This document shows positions 25,998-47,056 of a stretch of 64,000 bases of DNA, piece after piece (within the stretch, counting starts at the first letter, position 1; each line of letters opens with the position of its first letter). The notes under the pieces were generated by a model. That model saw only the letters and a list, made by a program, of their open reading frames with translations, searched no databases and was not told the origin of the DNA. The stretch comes from the human T2T-CHM13v2.0 reference genome, Homo sapiens. The position numbers and the translations under genes were made by a program. The stretch is from the NCBI RefSeq assembly GCF_009914755.1, contig NC_060934.1; one strand, given 5' to 3'.

Positions 25998-28133
25998 AGA
26001 ACTTTGAGTTTTCAGCTCCAGATGTAAGGAGCTTAGAAGTCACCACTTCGTCCTAACAACAAGTAAAAAGTTAAACAAGGTGAAAAATCAATAACTCTTA
26101 TAGATTATTATTAATAACTCTTGAGGGCAAACCACTTCCCCCAAAATTGGAGAGACGTGTACAGATATAGAGAATCATGACATACCAGACCAGAAACCTC
26201 CATGGGAACCAGTGCCAGGGTAGGAACACCTGAACTGCAATTGATGAATTGCTGGAGGCTCAGTGTGGGCAAGTCAGAGAGTTGAACACTCCAGGGGATC
26301 CGGTCGCGGAAGGGCCCTCACACTTTTGTGAGTTTCACTTCCAGGAGCTTGACTAGGTTCTCATGGTGAATATCAGAGAAAGATCCCCTTGCGTTTCCAG
26401 TAGAGAAGTGGCAAAGGAACCATTTTGAAATGTAACAGAACCTTCTTTTCTTAACAAGGTCTGCCCTCTGGAGAAAGTGGTTAACCACACTGTAACCTGC
26501 TGGGATTTTATCAGAGCATGAGTAATCTAGGGGAAGGGAAATACTGAATCTCAGCCTACTCTATCCATCCTAAGTAGATGAGAAAAGAACCAAGAAACAT
26601 TTGTGAATTTCAAAGTCCAGTGACATATGCTCACTAAAAGACAGATCAAGTCACAGGACTATGAAATACTTCTCCCCTCTGCCACCATATTACAAGGCCT
26701 ATTTACACACTTCTTTTTCATCCAGTACATTATAATTCAGCTATCAAGAAAAATTACGAGGCATAATAAAAAGTAAAAACATACCTTGGTTTGGTGTGGT
26801 GGCTCATGTCTGTAATCCCAGCACTTTGGGAAGCTGAGGCAGGTGGATCACCTGAGGCCAGGAGTTCGAGACCAGCCTGACCAACATGGCGAAACCCTGT
26901 CTCTAGTAAAAATACAAAAATTATCCATGCATGGTGGCATGCTTGTAGTCCCAGCTACTCAGGAGGCTGAGGCAAGAGAATCACTTGAACCCAGGAGGCA
27001 GAGGTGCAGTGAGCCGAGATTACACCACTGCACTCCAGCCTGGGCGACACAGCAAGACTCTGTCTCAAAAAACAAAAACAAACAAACAAACAAACAAAAA
27101 AACATAGCTTGAAGAGACAGAGCAAGAGTCAGAACCAAACGTCGCAGGCACAGATGTTGAAATTATCTGATTAGGAATTTAAAACAACTATGATTAATAT
27201 GCTAAGAGCTTTAATGAATAAAGTAGGCCACAAGCAAGAAAAGATGATTAATTAGGCAGAGAGATCAAAATCCTAAAAAAGAACTACAAAGAAGTGCTAG
27301 AGATCAAAACTACTGTGACAAATATGAAGAATGCCTTTGATGGGCTTATTTGTAGACTAGACATGGCTGAGAAAAAAAAAAAATCTCTGTTCATAAGGAT
27401 ATCTCAATAGAAACCCCCAAAACTGAAAAGTAAAGAGATAAAGACAAAAACAGAAAAGAATATCCAAGAACTGTGGGGTAACTACAAAAGGTGAAATATA
27501 TGCATAATGGAAATATTAGAAAAACAAGAAAGAAAGGAATCGAATAAATACTTCAAACAATAATGACAAAGAATTCCCCCAAATTAATATCAGACACCAA
27601 ACTACATATTCAGGAAGCTCAGAGAACACCAAGCAGAATAAATATTTTTTAAAACCCTAGACGTAGGCATATCCTCTTCAAACTACAGAAAATTAAGATT
27701 AAAAGTCCTAAAACAAGCCAGAGAGGAAAAACACCATACTTCCAGAAGAGCAAAAGTAAGAATTATATCCAACTCCTCAGAAGCCATGCAAATAAAAAGA
27801 GAGTAGAATGAAATATTTTAAATGTTGAAAGAGAAAAAACACCAATGTAGAATTCTGTGCCTCATAAAATTATTTTTCTAAGATGAAGGAGAAATACAGA
27901 CTTTCTCAGACAAACCAAAATTGAGAGAATTTGTTGCCAGTAGACCTGCCTAGCAAGAAATGTTAAAAGAAGTTTTTTAGAGAGAAGGAAAATAATATAG
28001 GTCAGAAATTGGATCAACATAAAGAAAGAGAGAACACTGAAGAAAGAATAAGTGAAAGTAAAATAAAAAAATTATTGTATTACCCTTAATTGGTCTAATA
28101 GATGACAGTTGGTTCAAAATATTAATAGCAACA
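25998..28133 (+). mobile_element. L1MC-like element, 5' UTR and ORF1 remnant (resumes at ~40552)
   Basis: ORF1-type sequence (CAGGAAGCTCAGAGAACACCAAGCAGAATAAAT; CTTTCTCAGACAAACCAAAATTGAGAGAATTTGTTGCCAG). Confidence 0.75.
26787..27105 (+). mobile_element. AluS-type SINE
   Basis: Alu dimer; TSD AAAAACATA(C/G)CTTG. Confidence 0.93.
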
Positions 28134-30771
28134 GAGCAAGATGGTGGAATAGGAGGTCCCAGGCTTCACTACCCTTCACAGCAAGTCCAACTAGCAACTA
28201 TCCACAGATCAGAATATCTTGGTGAAGATTTCTAAGCTTGGGAATAAGCCTGCGACACCTGCATGGACCACAGAACTAAATAAAAACTGCATTCGAAGGA
28301 TAAAAGAAATGGTCTCACTTTGACTGTGTCACCCTTCTCCTTCCCTCAAGTTTTCACAGTGCCACACAGAGAGGATTTCGCAGGGCTCATGGTATGTACA
28401 GTAGGAAAAGAGAAGTAGAAGTGGACATTTGGCTTCCCTAGCATTCCAAGACACTTCTTAGGAATCTCATTTTGGTCTCACACCATGGAAAATACAGGGG
28501 GTAACAACATGACTAGACAACCTGGGGTCAGGTAGAAACAAAGCAAGAAGGTTGAGCCACAAAAATCAGCTTGTAGATCTTCGTGGTAACTCTATGTTGC
28601 ACCTGCTAATGGTGGTGCCCAGTCAGAGGTACTAGCTAACAGCATACTCTACCTGCAAAGCCAAGCTGGACATTCCAGAAGTGATGGGAAGTTCTACCTG
28701 ACTTGAATCCCTAGATGGCCAACCTCCAGGCCCAGCCTCAGATTCTTCCCCAAAGCCTGACCTAATGAGAAAGACGCCTGCCACTGCATTTTGGCAATGA
28801 ACAGGGGCTAGGTCTGCCACACATGGGAGTTTAAACAGTCCTTAGTGGGGCCTCAAAGCCCACTGCAAGACCCCACACAAAGGCATGACCACCACAGCAC
28901 ATTTTGGTAAAAAGCAGGGGCTAGTGTAAAGACATGACCACCATAGCACATTTTGGTAAAGTGCAGGGGCTAATTCTGCCACATCCAGAAGTTTAAACAG
29001 CACTCAGCTCAATTTCAATTCCCACCCAAGCCTCTCACCTAAGGAGGGAGGCAAACCTCAACCATGTATTTATACTGAAATAGCAACTGGTGCTTTCCAC
29101 CCTGAGCAACAACTTCACTTAACCTCAGGGCCCCTTCTGCAACCCTGTCCAACTGCAGAACTCAGACAGCCACATCACCTGGCCAGGGAATACACTCTGA
29201 GGCCCTAGCCTGATCAGAAGTGATTACAGTGCCCAACGAGTACATCTACCTGATGGCAGACCTCAGTCAGTGGTCTTGTCAGACTGCAGAGCCCAGCTGG
29301 CTGCCCCACCTGAACTCAGAGCAAAGGCAGTGGCCCACCCATCTAGAGAATGCAAAAGCAAGTCTGCCTGCCCACAGTTATTACCAACTGGCCCATCCAG
29401 AATCACAGGTTAGACTAAATAGTGAAGGTCTACCCCTTCCAAAGAACACTTATAAAAGCCAGAAGAGGTGGCTGTCTTCTCAAATGCACAGACACCAATG
29501 CAAGAATATAAGGATTACAAAGATTCAGGAAATTATGACACCTGCAAAAGAAATGTAAAAATCTCCAACAATGGATCCTAAGGAAATGGAGATATTTGAA
29601 ATTACAAAGAATTCAGAATAATCCTCTTAAAGAAGTTTGGTGAGCTACAAGAATATACAGAAAAAAAATCAAATAACATTTGGAAAACAATACATGATCA
29701 AAATTAGAAGTCTGACAAAGAAATAAAAACAACAATAAAAACAAGTAGGTGTCCTAGAGATGAAGAATATAATGACAGAACTGAAAAATGCAATAGAAAG
29801 CTTCAACAGCAGGCTTGATTAAGCAGTAGAAAGTATCAGTGAGCTTAAAGACAGAACATTTGAAATTATCCTAAGAGGAGCAAAAAGGAAAAGGAATAAA
29901 AAAGAATGAAGAAAGCCTACAGGAATTGTGGGACACCATCAAGAGACCTAACCTTTGCATAACAGGAATTTGAGAAGGAGGGTAAAGAGAAAAAGAGCGA
30001 GAAAGGGTATTTAATGCAATACTAGCTAAACATTTCCCTAATCTGGAGAAAGATGCCAACATCCAGATATAGGAATCACAGAGCTTGCAAATCAAGTTGA
30101 AATAAAGAGGACTTCTCCAACACACATAATAATGAAATGATTAAAAATCAAAGACCAAGAAAAAATCTGAGAGCAGCAAGAGATAAGAAACACATCAGTG
30201 GATTTCTCAACAGAAACTCAGCAGGCCTGGAGGCAGTGGGATGATATTTTCAAAGTGCCGAAGAAAAAGAAGAAGAAAGAAAACTGTGAATACTTTACCT
30301 ACAGAGCTGTCTTTCAGAAATGAGGGAGAAAACAAAACTTTCCCAGACAAACAAAAGCTAAAGAAGTTCATCACCATTAAACCTGTCTTGCAGGAATTGC
30401 TAAAGAGAGTTATTTAAACTGAAACAAATGCTGATAATTAATTTAAAAAATTTATGAACACATGAAACTCAATTGTATAGTAAGTAATACAGATTGTATA
30501 ATCTAAGTAATACAGAGCCGTATTCAGAATATTCTAGAGATGTAATGGTGTTATATAAGGCAATTTTATTCCCAGCATGAGAGTTAAAAACAAAACTATT
30601 AATAACAACTATAGCTAAAAGAAATGGTCAACAGATACATATTACAAAATGATACAAATTCTGACATCAAAAACGCAAAATGTGGGAGAAAAAAGGATAG
30701 AGTTATTGTATGCAATCAAAGTTAACTTGTTATTAGTTTGAAACAGACTGTTGCAAGTATGCAATGTCTTA

Positions 30772-31140
<369 letters not shown>

Positions 31141-32460
31141 GAAAGGATTCAAATCATATCACTAAGCAAAACCATCAAATAATGAGGAAACATATCAAGT
31201 GAGGAAGAAAGAAACAATATACAAAACAGGTAGAAAACAATTAACAGAACATTAGTAGTAAGTCCTTACCTATCAGTAGCAACTTTGAATGTAAATGGAT
31301 AAATTCAATGAAAAGACATAGAGTGACTGAATGGATGAAGAAAACAAGACTCAACCATATGCTGTCTACAAGAGACTCACCTCTGTTTTAAGGACACACA
31401 TAGGCATACATAGTGAAGAACACACATAGGGAAGGGAAGGGTAAAGATATTCCATACAAAGGGAAACCAAATGAGATCAAGGGTAGCCATGCTTATATCA
31501 AGCAAAATATACTTTAAGTTAAAACTGTAATAAAAAATAAGCCAACAAGGGGCATAATAATAAAGGCATCAACTCATCAAGAGGATATAACAATTATAAG
31601 TATACATGCACCCAACATTAAAGCACCTAAATATATAAAGCAAATATTAATAGATCTTAAGGGAAGGTTGGAGAGCAATACAATAATATTAGGGACCATC
31701 AGTACTACACTTTCAACAATGGGTAGATCATCCATACAGAAAATTAATAAGGAAACATTAGACTTGAACAACACTTTAGATCAAGTGGCTCTAACAGACA
31801 TATACAGGACATTCTCTCCAACAGCAGCAGAATACACATTCTTCTCAAGGCTAGAATGTGGAGAATACATAGAACATTCTCCAGGATAAATCATATGTTA
31901 GACCATAAGACAAATGTTGGAAAATTTAAGAAGATTGAAACATATCAAGTATCTTTTTCTTGCCACAATGGTATGTAACTACAAATCAATAACAGGAAGA
32001 ATTTCAGAAAATTTACAAATGTATACAAATTAAACAACATGCTTCTGAACAAATGGGTCAGTGACCAAATTAAAAAGGAAATTTTAAAATATATTGAGTC
32101 AAATGAAAATGGAAACACAATAAATCAAAACTTATGGAATGCAACAAAAGCAGTTCTAAGAGGAAATTTCATAGCAATAAAGGCTACATTAAGATTAAAT
32201 AAAGATTTCAAATAAACAGCCTGACATACCTCTAGGAAATAGAGAATAATAATAAACTAAGTCAAAAGTTACTGGAAGGAAACAAATAATACAGATCAGA
32301 ACAGAAATAAATGAAGTAGAGACTAGAAAAACAATACAAAAGATCAACAAAACTAAGAGTTAGTTTTTTGAAAAGATAAACAAAATTGACAAATCGTTAT
32401 AGAATAGCCATTATAGAAAACTGTATGAAGGTTCCTCAAGAAAAATTTGAACCAACTTGA

Positions 32461-32649
32461 AAAGAAGAGCCAAGAGAATCCAGTGTCATAAAAGCAAAGA
32501 AAAAGTGTGTTTCAAAAGACATGGCCAGTAATTTTAAATGTTGCAGACAAGTCAAGTAAGATGACATTCAGCAATCTCTTACCAAGTATCTACTATGTGA
32601 CAGGCATAGTGCTAGGTGGACACAAGCTGAATAGTATACCTGGATCTTT
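32461..32649 (+). repeat. ~189-bp direct copy of 34090-34277 inserted in the L1 3' region
   Basis: Manual alignment gives 14 substitutions plus 1 indel (~92% identity). Confidence 0.92.
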
Positions 32650-33674
32650 ATGATCCAGCAGTCCCACCTTGGGATGCAAAAGACTTGAAATCAGTAACGA
32701 AGAGATGTCCACACTACCATGTTCATTATTCACAACAGCCAAGTTATGGAACCAACATAACTATCCATAAACAGATGACAGGATAAGGGAATTTGGTATG
32801 TACACAAAATGGAAAACTATTCAAGCTTGAAAAATAAATAAATTCTGTCATTTGCAACAACGTGGATGGAATTGGAGGACATTATGACAAATGAAATAAG
32901 CCAGGCACAGAAAGACAAATACTACACATTCTCACTTATAAGCTGGATTTAAAACAATTGTACTCATAGAAGCAGAGAATAGAATAGTGCTTATCAGAGG
33001 CTGAACAGTGGGAGAAATGGGGAGATGATGGTCAAAGGGCACAAAGACTCAAACAGGAAAAATATGGTTTAGGGTTTTTTTAGACCTATTGCACAGCTTG
33101 GTGAAAACAGTTAAGAGTGTATTATACATTTCAAATTTTCAAATGTTTTTACCACACAAAGTAATAAGCATTTGATGTGATAGATATGTTAATTAGCTTG
33201 ATTTAATTCTTCTATATTGTATTCATAAATCATAACATCACTCTGTCCTCCACAAATAGATAGAACTATAATTTGACAATTTACAATACAATTTTGTAAA
33301 AAATAGAGATGATTAAGAAATAAGAAACTAAGATAACTGAGTAGGCAGGTTTGAAGAAAAGACCCAAACATAATTCTGGGGAAAAAATGATAATTTATGT
33401 ACAAAATAAAACCTCAATGGTTGTATTAAAAGTGAGCTGGGAGAATATTTGAACTGGAAAACAGATCACGTGTTATTCTCCAGTAAGAAGCACAAAGAGA
33501 CAAAGATATGAAAAAAAATCTAAATGAGGTTAAGGAACATCGACTATGGCATTAAAAAGTCTAAAATATAGCTAATTGAAGTTTCAGAAGGCAAGTGTAG
33601 ATAGAATATTAAAGAAATATTCAAAGAGATAAAGTGCTATGAATTTTTTTAGATTTAATATAAAGGAAAAGAGA

Positions 33675-33980
33675 GGCTGGGTGCAGTGGCTCATGCCTGT
33701 AATTGCAACATTTTGGGTGGCTGGGGTGAGAGGACCACTTGAGGCCAGGAGTTTGAAACCACCCTGGGCAACATAGTGAGACCCCTGTCTCTACAAAAAA
33801 ATTAAAAAATTTTTAAAACTAGCCAGGCATGGTGGCATCACCTGTAGTCTCAGCTACTCAAGAGGCTGAGGCAGGAGGATTGCTTGTGTCCAGGCTGCAG
33901 TGAGCTATGATTGCACCACTGTACTCCAGCCTGGACAACAGAGTGAAATCCTGCCTCAAAAAAATAAAAATAAAAATAAG
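33675..33980 (+). mobile_element. AluJ-type SINE
   Basis: AluJ diagnostics (GTGAGACCCCTGTCTCTACAAAAAA, GAGCTATGATTGCACC). Confidence 0.9.
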
Positions 33981-34542
33981 AACAGAAATGAGAGGAGAAA
34001 ATAAAACAGTACCTTGAAGAATACCCACACTGAACGTGTGGTTGAAGGAAGGAGGATTCAGCAAAGAAAACTGACTTATTAGGGAAGAGAAAGAAGATCC
34101 AAGTTAATCCAATGTCATAAAAGCAAAGAGAGAGTGTGTTTCAAAAGTTATGGCCAATAATTTTAAATGTTTCAGACGAGTCAAGTAAGATGACATTCAG
34201 CAGTCTCTTACCAAGTATCTACTATGTGATAGGCATAGTGCTAGGTGGACACAAGATGAATAGTATACCTGATCTTTGTACTCAAAATTATGGGAGAAAT
34301 GAAAATAAACAATTACAATCCAGTGCGATTAAGGCTATAACAGACATGAAAAAAGTACTCTATGAGCAGAGAGAAGGAGATTTTCTTCCTGTGTGCAGAT
34401 CTTTCTTTCTAATGAACTCTCCTCACTTGTTTATCTCATGCTTTGTTTTCGTTTTTAGAATTCAGAATAAACATATATCTTTCATCGAAATGTTCCCCTT
34501 TGAACACAGATTGTCAGCTCTTTCTCCCTCTTTATCTGTACC

Positions 34543-40199
<5,657 letters not shown>

Positions 40200-41206
40200 T
40201 TGAGGCCTGTTGTATTCAAAAAAATTTTGAGTATCTGGTATGAGCGTGCATGGCAGATCTTTAAATAACATTTACATACCTGTTCTCTGAGTCTGGGCAA
40301 AATAGTATGGACTTGTTTCTCCTTTCCATTCTCCCTTCCCTCAACTTAGTTCAGAATCTCATCACATCCACCTGGGCTTGTCATAGCTTCCATATTTTAG
40401 TGCTGATCATAACATTCCCAGCTCAAACCCTCATTCATCTTAATACAACCCTATTCAAGGCACTATGACTTCATGGTGTAGACATTCAATAAATAAATGT
40501 TGAAATGAAAGAATGTTCAACATAAAATTAAACAGAGGTAAATCTTCCCCCAAAACAGTAATAATGCATTGGATTGTGTATGCTTATGTACATATCATGT
40601 CTGTATGCATGCTTATAAATTAATAAAATGAATGACAGCAATTATACAAGGGACAAAGGGAGAAATTATGATTACTTTGTTATAATAAGGTACTCACCCT
40701 AGCCATGAAGTGGTATAGTGTTATTTGAAATAGCGCTTGAGTTAGTTGTAAGTGTGCCTTGCAAACTCTACACCAACCACTAAAAAAAAGTTTAAAAAAT
40801 GTATAACTAATATGCCAAGAAAGGAAAGAAAATAGAATCACATAAAATGCTCAATTAAAACTAAAAACAGCATAAAAATAGTGAAAGACAAAAAGAGAAA
40901 CAAAAAGCAAGGGAGACAAATAGAAAAGAGTAGCCAATATGATCAATATTAATACAACTATATTAATAATCACTTCGAATATCAATATTCTGAATTAGAA
41001 GACAGAGATTGTCTGAATGGATCCAAAAACAAGACTCAACACTATGTCATCTATAAGAAACAACTTTATATATAAAGGTACATATAAATTAATAGTTAAT
41101 GGATGAAGAAAAATATACTATGTTAATACTAATCAAAAGAAAGTAAGAGCAGACTTTGAAGCAAGGGAAGTTATCAGAGACAAGGGCATTACAAAATAAT
41201 AAAGGG

Positions 41207-41506
<300 letters not shown>

Positions 41507-41952
41507 TCAATTCTTCAAGAACAACTGGAGAATTGCCTAACAATGAGGCAAAAACTGATAGGACTGCAAGAAGAAATAGATGAGTCCACTATTATAGTCG
41601 GAGACTTTATCCCTCTATCAGCAATGCACAGATCCAGCAGGCAGAACAATCAGTGAGGACATAGTTGAACCCAAAAATACAATCAGTTAATTGGACATAA
41701 TTGACATGTGTAGATGACTTCATCAAACAAAAGCAGAATACACATTTTTCTAAAGATCACATGGAGAATTCACCATGATAGGCCATATTTTGGGCCATAA
41801 AACACATCTTAACAATGGAAAAAAAGAGAAATCATATAATGTCTGCTCTCGGGCCACAGTGGAATTAAACTAGAAATCAATAATAGAAAGATAACTGGAA
41901 AATCCAAAATTACATGGATATTAAATAACACACTTCTAAATAATGTATGGGT

Positions 41953-42272
41953 GGCTGGGCACAGTGGCTCAGGCCTGTAACCTCAGCACTTTGGGAATTC
42001 AAGGTGGGAGAATAGCTTGAGCCCAAAAATTTGAGATTAGCCTGGCAAGATGGTGAGACACCATTGCTACAAAAAAAAAAAAAAAAAAAATTAGCCAGCC
42101 TGGTGGTATGTACCTGTAGTCCCAGCTACTTTGGAGGCTGAGGTGGGAGGAGTGCTTGAGCTCAGGAGTTTAAGGCTAAAATGAGCTATGATCATGCCAC
42201 TGCCTTCCAGCCTGGGTGACACAGAGAAACCCTGTGTCTATTTTATAAATGAAATAAAATAAATGAATAAAC
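41953..42272 (+). mobile_element. AluJ-type SINE
   Basis: Alu dimer with J diagnostics. Confidence 0.9.
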
Positions 42273-45200
42273 AAATATCACATGGGTCAAAGAATAAATC
42301 TCAAGAGAAATATTAAAATATTATGAACTAAATGAAAATGAAAATAGAACTTATCAAAATGTGTGAGATGCAGTGAAAACAGTGCTTAGAGGAAAATTTA
42401 TAGCATAGGGTTGAATGCATTTATTAGACAAGAAGGAAATATTTAAAATCAATCATTTAAGCTTCCACCTTAGGAAACCAAAAGAGGAGTGAATTAAATA
42501 CAATGTAAGCAGAAAAAATAAAATAAAAATTAGAGCAGAAATCCATGAAATTGAAAACAGGAAATGAATAGAGAAAATCAGTAACACCAAAACCTCGTTC
42601 TTTGAAAACGCCAATAAAATTGATAAGCCTCTAGACAGGCCAAGAGAAAAAGGAAAGAGGATATAAATTACTAATAATCAGAAATGAAAAAGGAGATATC
42701 ACTACAGCTCCCATGTACAAAAATAAATGAAAGTATACCATAAACAATACTATCCCCCAAATTTAATTACCTAGATGAAATGAATCTATTTCTTGAAAGA
42801 CATAGTGTACCAAAACTAACACTAACTAACAGAAATTCTGAATAAGCCTATATCTATTGAGGTGATTGAATTAATAATTAATAACATTCCAAAACAGAAA
42901 GCACCAGGCCCAAATGGCTTCACTGGTGAATTCTACCAAAATTTTCAGGAAGAAATTATACCAATTTTCTACAGTAATTTTCAGAAGACAGTAACAGAAG
43001 GAACATTTCTTAATTCACCTTATGAGGTCAGCATTACCTTAAAACCCAAAACAGAAGACAGCATTACAAGAAAAGAAAAATACAGATTAATAGCTCTCAT
43101 GAACATAGATGCAAAAATCCTCAACAAAATATTAGCAAACTGAACCCAAGAATACATAAAGAAATTATGCAGCACAACGAAGACAGATGTAGCCCAGGTA
43201 CGCAAGGCTGGTTTAACATTTGAAAATCAATTAATGTAATCCATCACATCAACAGAATAAAGAGGAAAAATCCCATGATCATATCAATAGATGCAGAAAA
43301 AGCATTTGCAAAATCCGTCACCCATTCATGATAAAAACTATTAGTAAACTAGGAATAGAGGAGAACTTCTTCAACTTGATAAAAAATATCTACAAAAAAA
43401 AACAAATCCTGCAGTTAACATAATACTTACTGGTGGGAAGCCAGAAACTTTCCCTCAAAGATCAGTGATAAGACAAGGATGTCCAGATGTCTCATCACAC
43501 AACATTTTAAACATTGTACTGAAGTCCTAGCTAATACAATAAGTCAAGAAAAAGAAATAAAAGATATGCTGAATGGGAAAGAAGAAATAAAACTGTATGT
43601 GTTTGCAGATGGCATGATTGTTCATGTAGAAAATTTAAAAGAAATGACAAGAAAACTCCTGGAACTACTAAGCAATGATAGCAAGGTTGCCGGATACAAA
43701 GCTAATATACAAAAGTAAATATTTTTAAAATATACCAACAAAGAAGATTCAGAATTTGAAATTAAAAACATAATACTAATTACATTGACACTCCAAATGA
43801 AATACTTAAGTATAAATCTAACAAAATATGTACAAGATATCTATGAGGAAAACTATAAAACTCTAATGGAAGAATACAAAAAAGAACTAAATAAACGGAG
43901 ATACATTCCATATTCAAATACAGGAAGATTCAATATTGTCAAGATGCCAGCTCTTCCCAACTTTATCTATAGAGTTAGCACAATCTCAATCAAAATCCCA
44001 GCAACTTATTTTGTAGATATTGACAAACTGATTCTAAAGTTTGTACGGAGAGGCAAAAGCTCAGAATAGCCAACACAATATTGAAGGAGAAGAACAAAGT
44101 TGGAGGACTGACTACTTGACTTAAAGACTTACTATAAAAGCTACAGTGATCCAGACAGTGTGGTGAAAAGTAAACAAATAAAACAATGGAACAGAATAGA
44201 GAGCCCAGAGATAGACTCACATCAATGTATTCAACTGACCTTTGACAAAGAAGCAAAGTCAATATAGTGAAGCAAAGATAGTCTTTTCAACAAACAGTGT
44301 TGCAACAACTGGCCATCCATATGCAAAAATAAATAAATAGATGAATTTAGACACAGACCTTACATTCTTCACAAGTATTAACTCAAAATGGATCATTGAC
44401 TTCAATGTAAAATGCAAAACTACAAAAGCTGAAGAAGATAACATAGGAGAAGATCTAGATGACATTGAGTTTGGCAATGGCTTTTTAGATACAACACCAA
44501 AGGCATGATTCATTAAAAAAAGAATAAATAAGCTGAATTTCATTAAAAATAGAAATTTCCTTGCTGCAAGACACACTGTCAAAAGAATGAAAAGACAAGC
44601 TACAGACTGTGAGAAAATATTTGCCAAAGACCCACCTGATAAAGGGCTGTTATCCAAAATACATAAAGAACCCTTAAACCTCAACAATAAGAAAATGACC
44701 TGGTTTAAAAATGAGTGAAAGACCTCAACAGACACCTCACCAAAGATACACGATGGCAAGTAAACATATGAAAAGATGCTCCACATTATATGTCACTGGG
44801 AAAATGCAAATTAAAACAACAATAAGATGCCACTACACACCTATTAGAAGGTACAAAATGCAGAACACTAACAACACCAAATATAAGCGAGGATGTGAAG
44901 CAACAGGCATTCTCATTCACTGTTGGTGGGAATGCAAAATGGTATAGCCAATCTGGAAAACAGTTTGCAGTTTCTTACAAAATTAGACATACTTTACCAT
45001 GAAATACAGGAATTGCACTGCTTGGTATTCCCTCAAAGGAGCTGAGAACATGTCTATGAAAAACCTGCACACAATATAGTAACTTTTTTCATCACTTCCA
45101 AACCTTGAGGGCAACCAAGATGTCTTTCAGTGACTGGATAAATAAACTTTAGCCTGTATAAGCAATGTAATATTATTCAGTGCAAAAAAGAAAGGAGCAA

Positions 45201-46149
45201 TCAAGACATGAAAAGACATAGAGGAAACTTAAAAACATATTACTAAGTAAAAGAAGCCAATCTGAAAAGGCTACATACTATAGGATTTAAACTATATAAC
45301 ATTCTAGAAAAAGCAAAACAGTGGAGACAGTAAAAAGAGCAGTGGTTGCCAGGGGTAGGGTAGGGAAATACTATAATAGTGGATACATGTCATCATACAT
45401 TAGTCCAAGCCCATAGAATGTACAATACCAGAGTAAACTCTAGTGTAAACTATGAACTTTGAGTGATAATGATGTGTCAATGTAGGCTCATTAATTGTAA
45501 GAAACATACCCCACTCTGGTGGGGGATGTTGATAGTGAAAGAGACTATGCACATGTAAAGGGCAGGGGTTCCACGGGATGTCTCTATACCTTCTTCTCAA
45601 TTTTGCAGTAAGCCTAAAACTGCTGTTTAATTTTTAAATTTTCTGTAAACCTAAAACAATCAACAGTGCCATTCGATGAATTACTATAACTAATAAGTGT
45701 ATCAATATTGCAAGATAAAATATCAACTTACAAAAATTAATAGTGCCATTCTATGACAGCCAACTTTAAAATATAATAGAAAATAAGACACCATTCACAA
45801 TAGTTACAAGAACTACAATGTACATAGAAATTTATCTCATGAATAATGTAAATAAAAATATTTAAATATTTTTAATTGATACAAAAGAAAATCTAAATAA
45901 ACGGTGAGGTATACTACATTCATAGATGGATAACTTAACAGTCTAAGGTCAACTATTCCCTAATTAATCTTTAAATTAAATGCAATGCCTAACAAAATTC
46001 CGGTTGGATTGCTTCAGTGTTTCAAAGACTACGTAATGAAATGTCTATGAAAAACTATATATATACAAATAGGAAAGTTCATTTTGAAGAAACACAAAGG
46101 GTGGGGAAATCTATTCTATTAGATATTGATATAATTCCAAAGTATGGCA

Positions 46150-47050
46150 TTTATGAATTCGCCCACTTGCTAAAATTTATTTTAGCAGTCATTCCCATAC
46201 ATGCACAGAAGTGAAAACTTTGAGTTTTTCAACATGCCTGGTCCCAGCTGAAGCTGAACAAGGTGACACTCTGTTGTCTTGTTTCAGCTCTCAAACTGTA
46301 AAACAAGTGTCATGTTTTTCACATTTCTGTGCATTTTGCCAGTGATTTCTCTGTTTAAAATGGCCCCTATGTGTAGTACTGAAGTGTCTGCCTAGTGTTC
46401 ATAAGTAAGAAAGCAGTGATGTGCCTTATGAAAAAAATACATGTGTAAACTTCATTCAGGCATGAGTTACAGGGCTGTTGGCTGTGAGTTCAATGTTAAT
46501 GAGTCAACAACTCAGTACATCCAGAGAAAGGAGGAGGAAATTCATCAATCCGTATATGAGACTGCTTTGGCAAGTACCAAAATAACATCTAGAGTGCATG
46601 AGGAATTATGCAAAAGGTGGGAAAGCAGCTAACTGTGTGAATTCACGAGAGGATGACCAATCAGAAATTCATAGTGGACAGCATTGTTATGAAGCTGAAA
46701 GCCAAATAAATTTACAGTCATGTTACCAAGAGTCAGGGAAATGTTAAACCCTTCTCAGCTGGTGTGGGATGCCTCACAAGTTTCAAAAGGCAAAACAGCA
46801 TGAAAAATGTGAAACTTGCAGGCGAGGAAAGTTCTACAGATCAGGAGGCTATGGAAGAATTTTTTTAATGCCTGTTAATTGTTGTACAGAAAAAAGGTTA
46901 TGTGAAAGACGGGCTTTTCAACACTGAAGAGACAGGCTTCTTTGACAAGGATGTTGGCAAACAAACCTGTAACACAAATGATGTCCGAAGCGCCTGGCTT
47001 TAAATAATTCAAAGACCGTAACATTAATTATCTTACGGAAATATAGAAAT
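46150..47050 (+). mobile_element. Tigger7/MER44-like DNA transposon remnant
   Basis: CCCAGCTGAAGCTGAACAAGGTGACACTCTG..TTGTTTCAGCTCTCA and degenerate transposase-like segment (KLHSGMSYRAVGCEFNVNEST). Confidence 0.65.
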
Positions 47051-47056
47051 GTATAT

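Noticed and set aside
28884-28972. 49-bp tandem duplication in the L1 5' UTR
   Set aside because: Tandem repeats are common in L1 5' UTRs; no further signal
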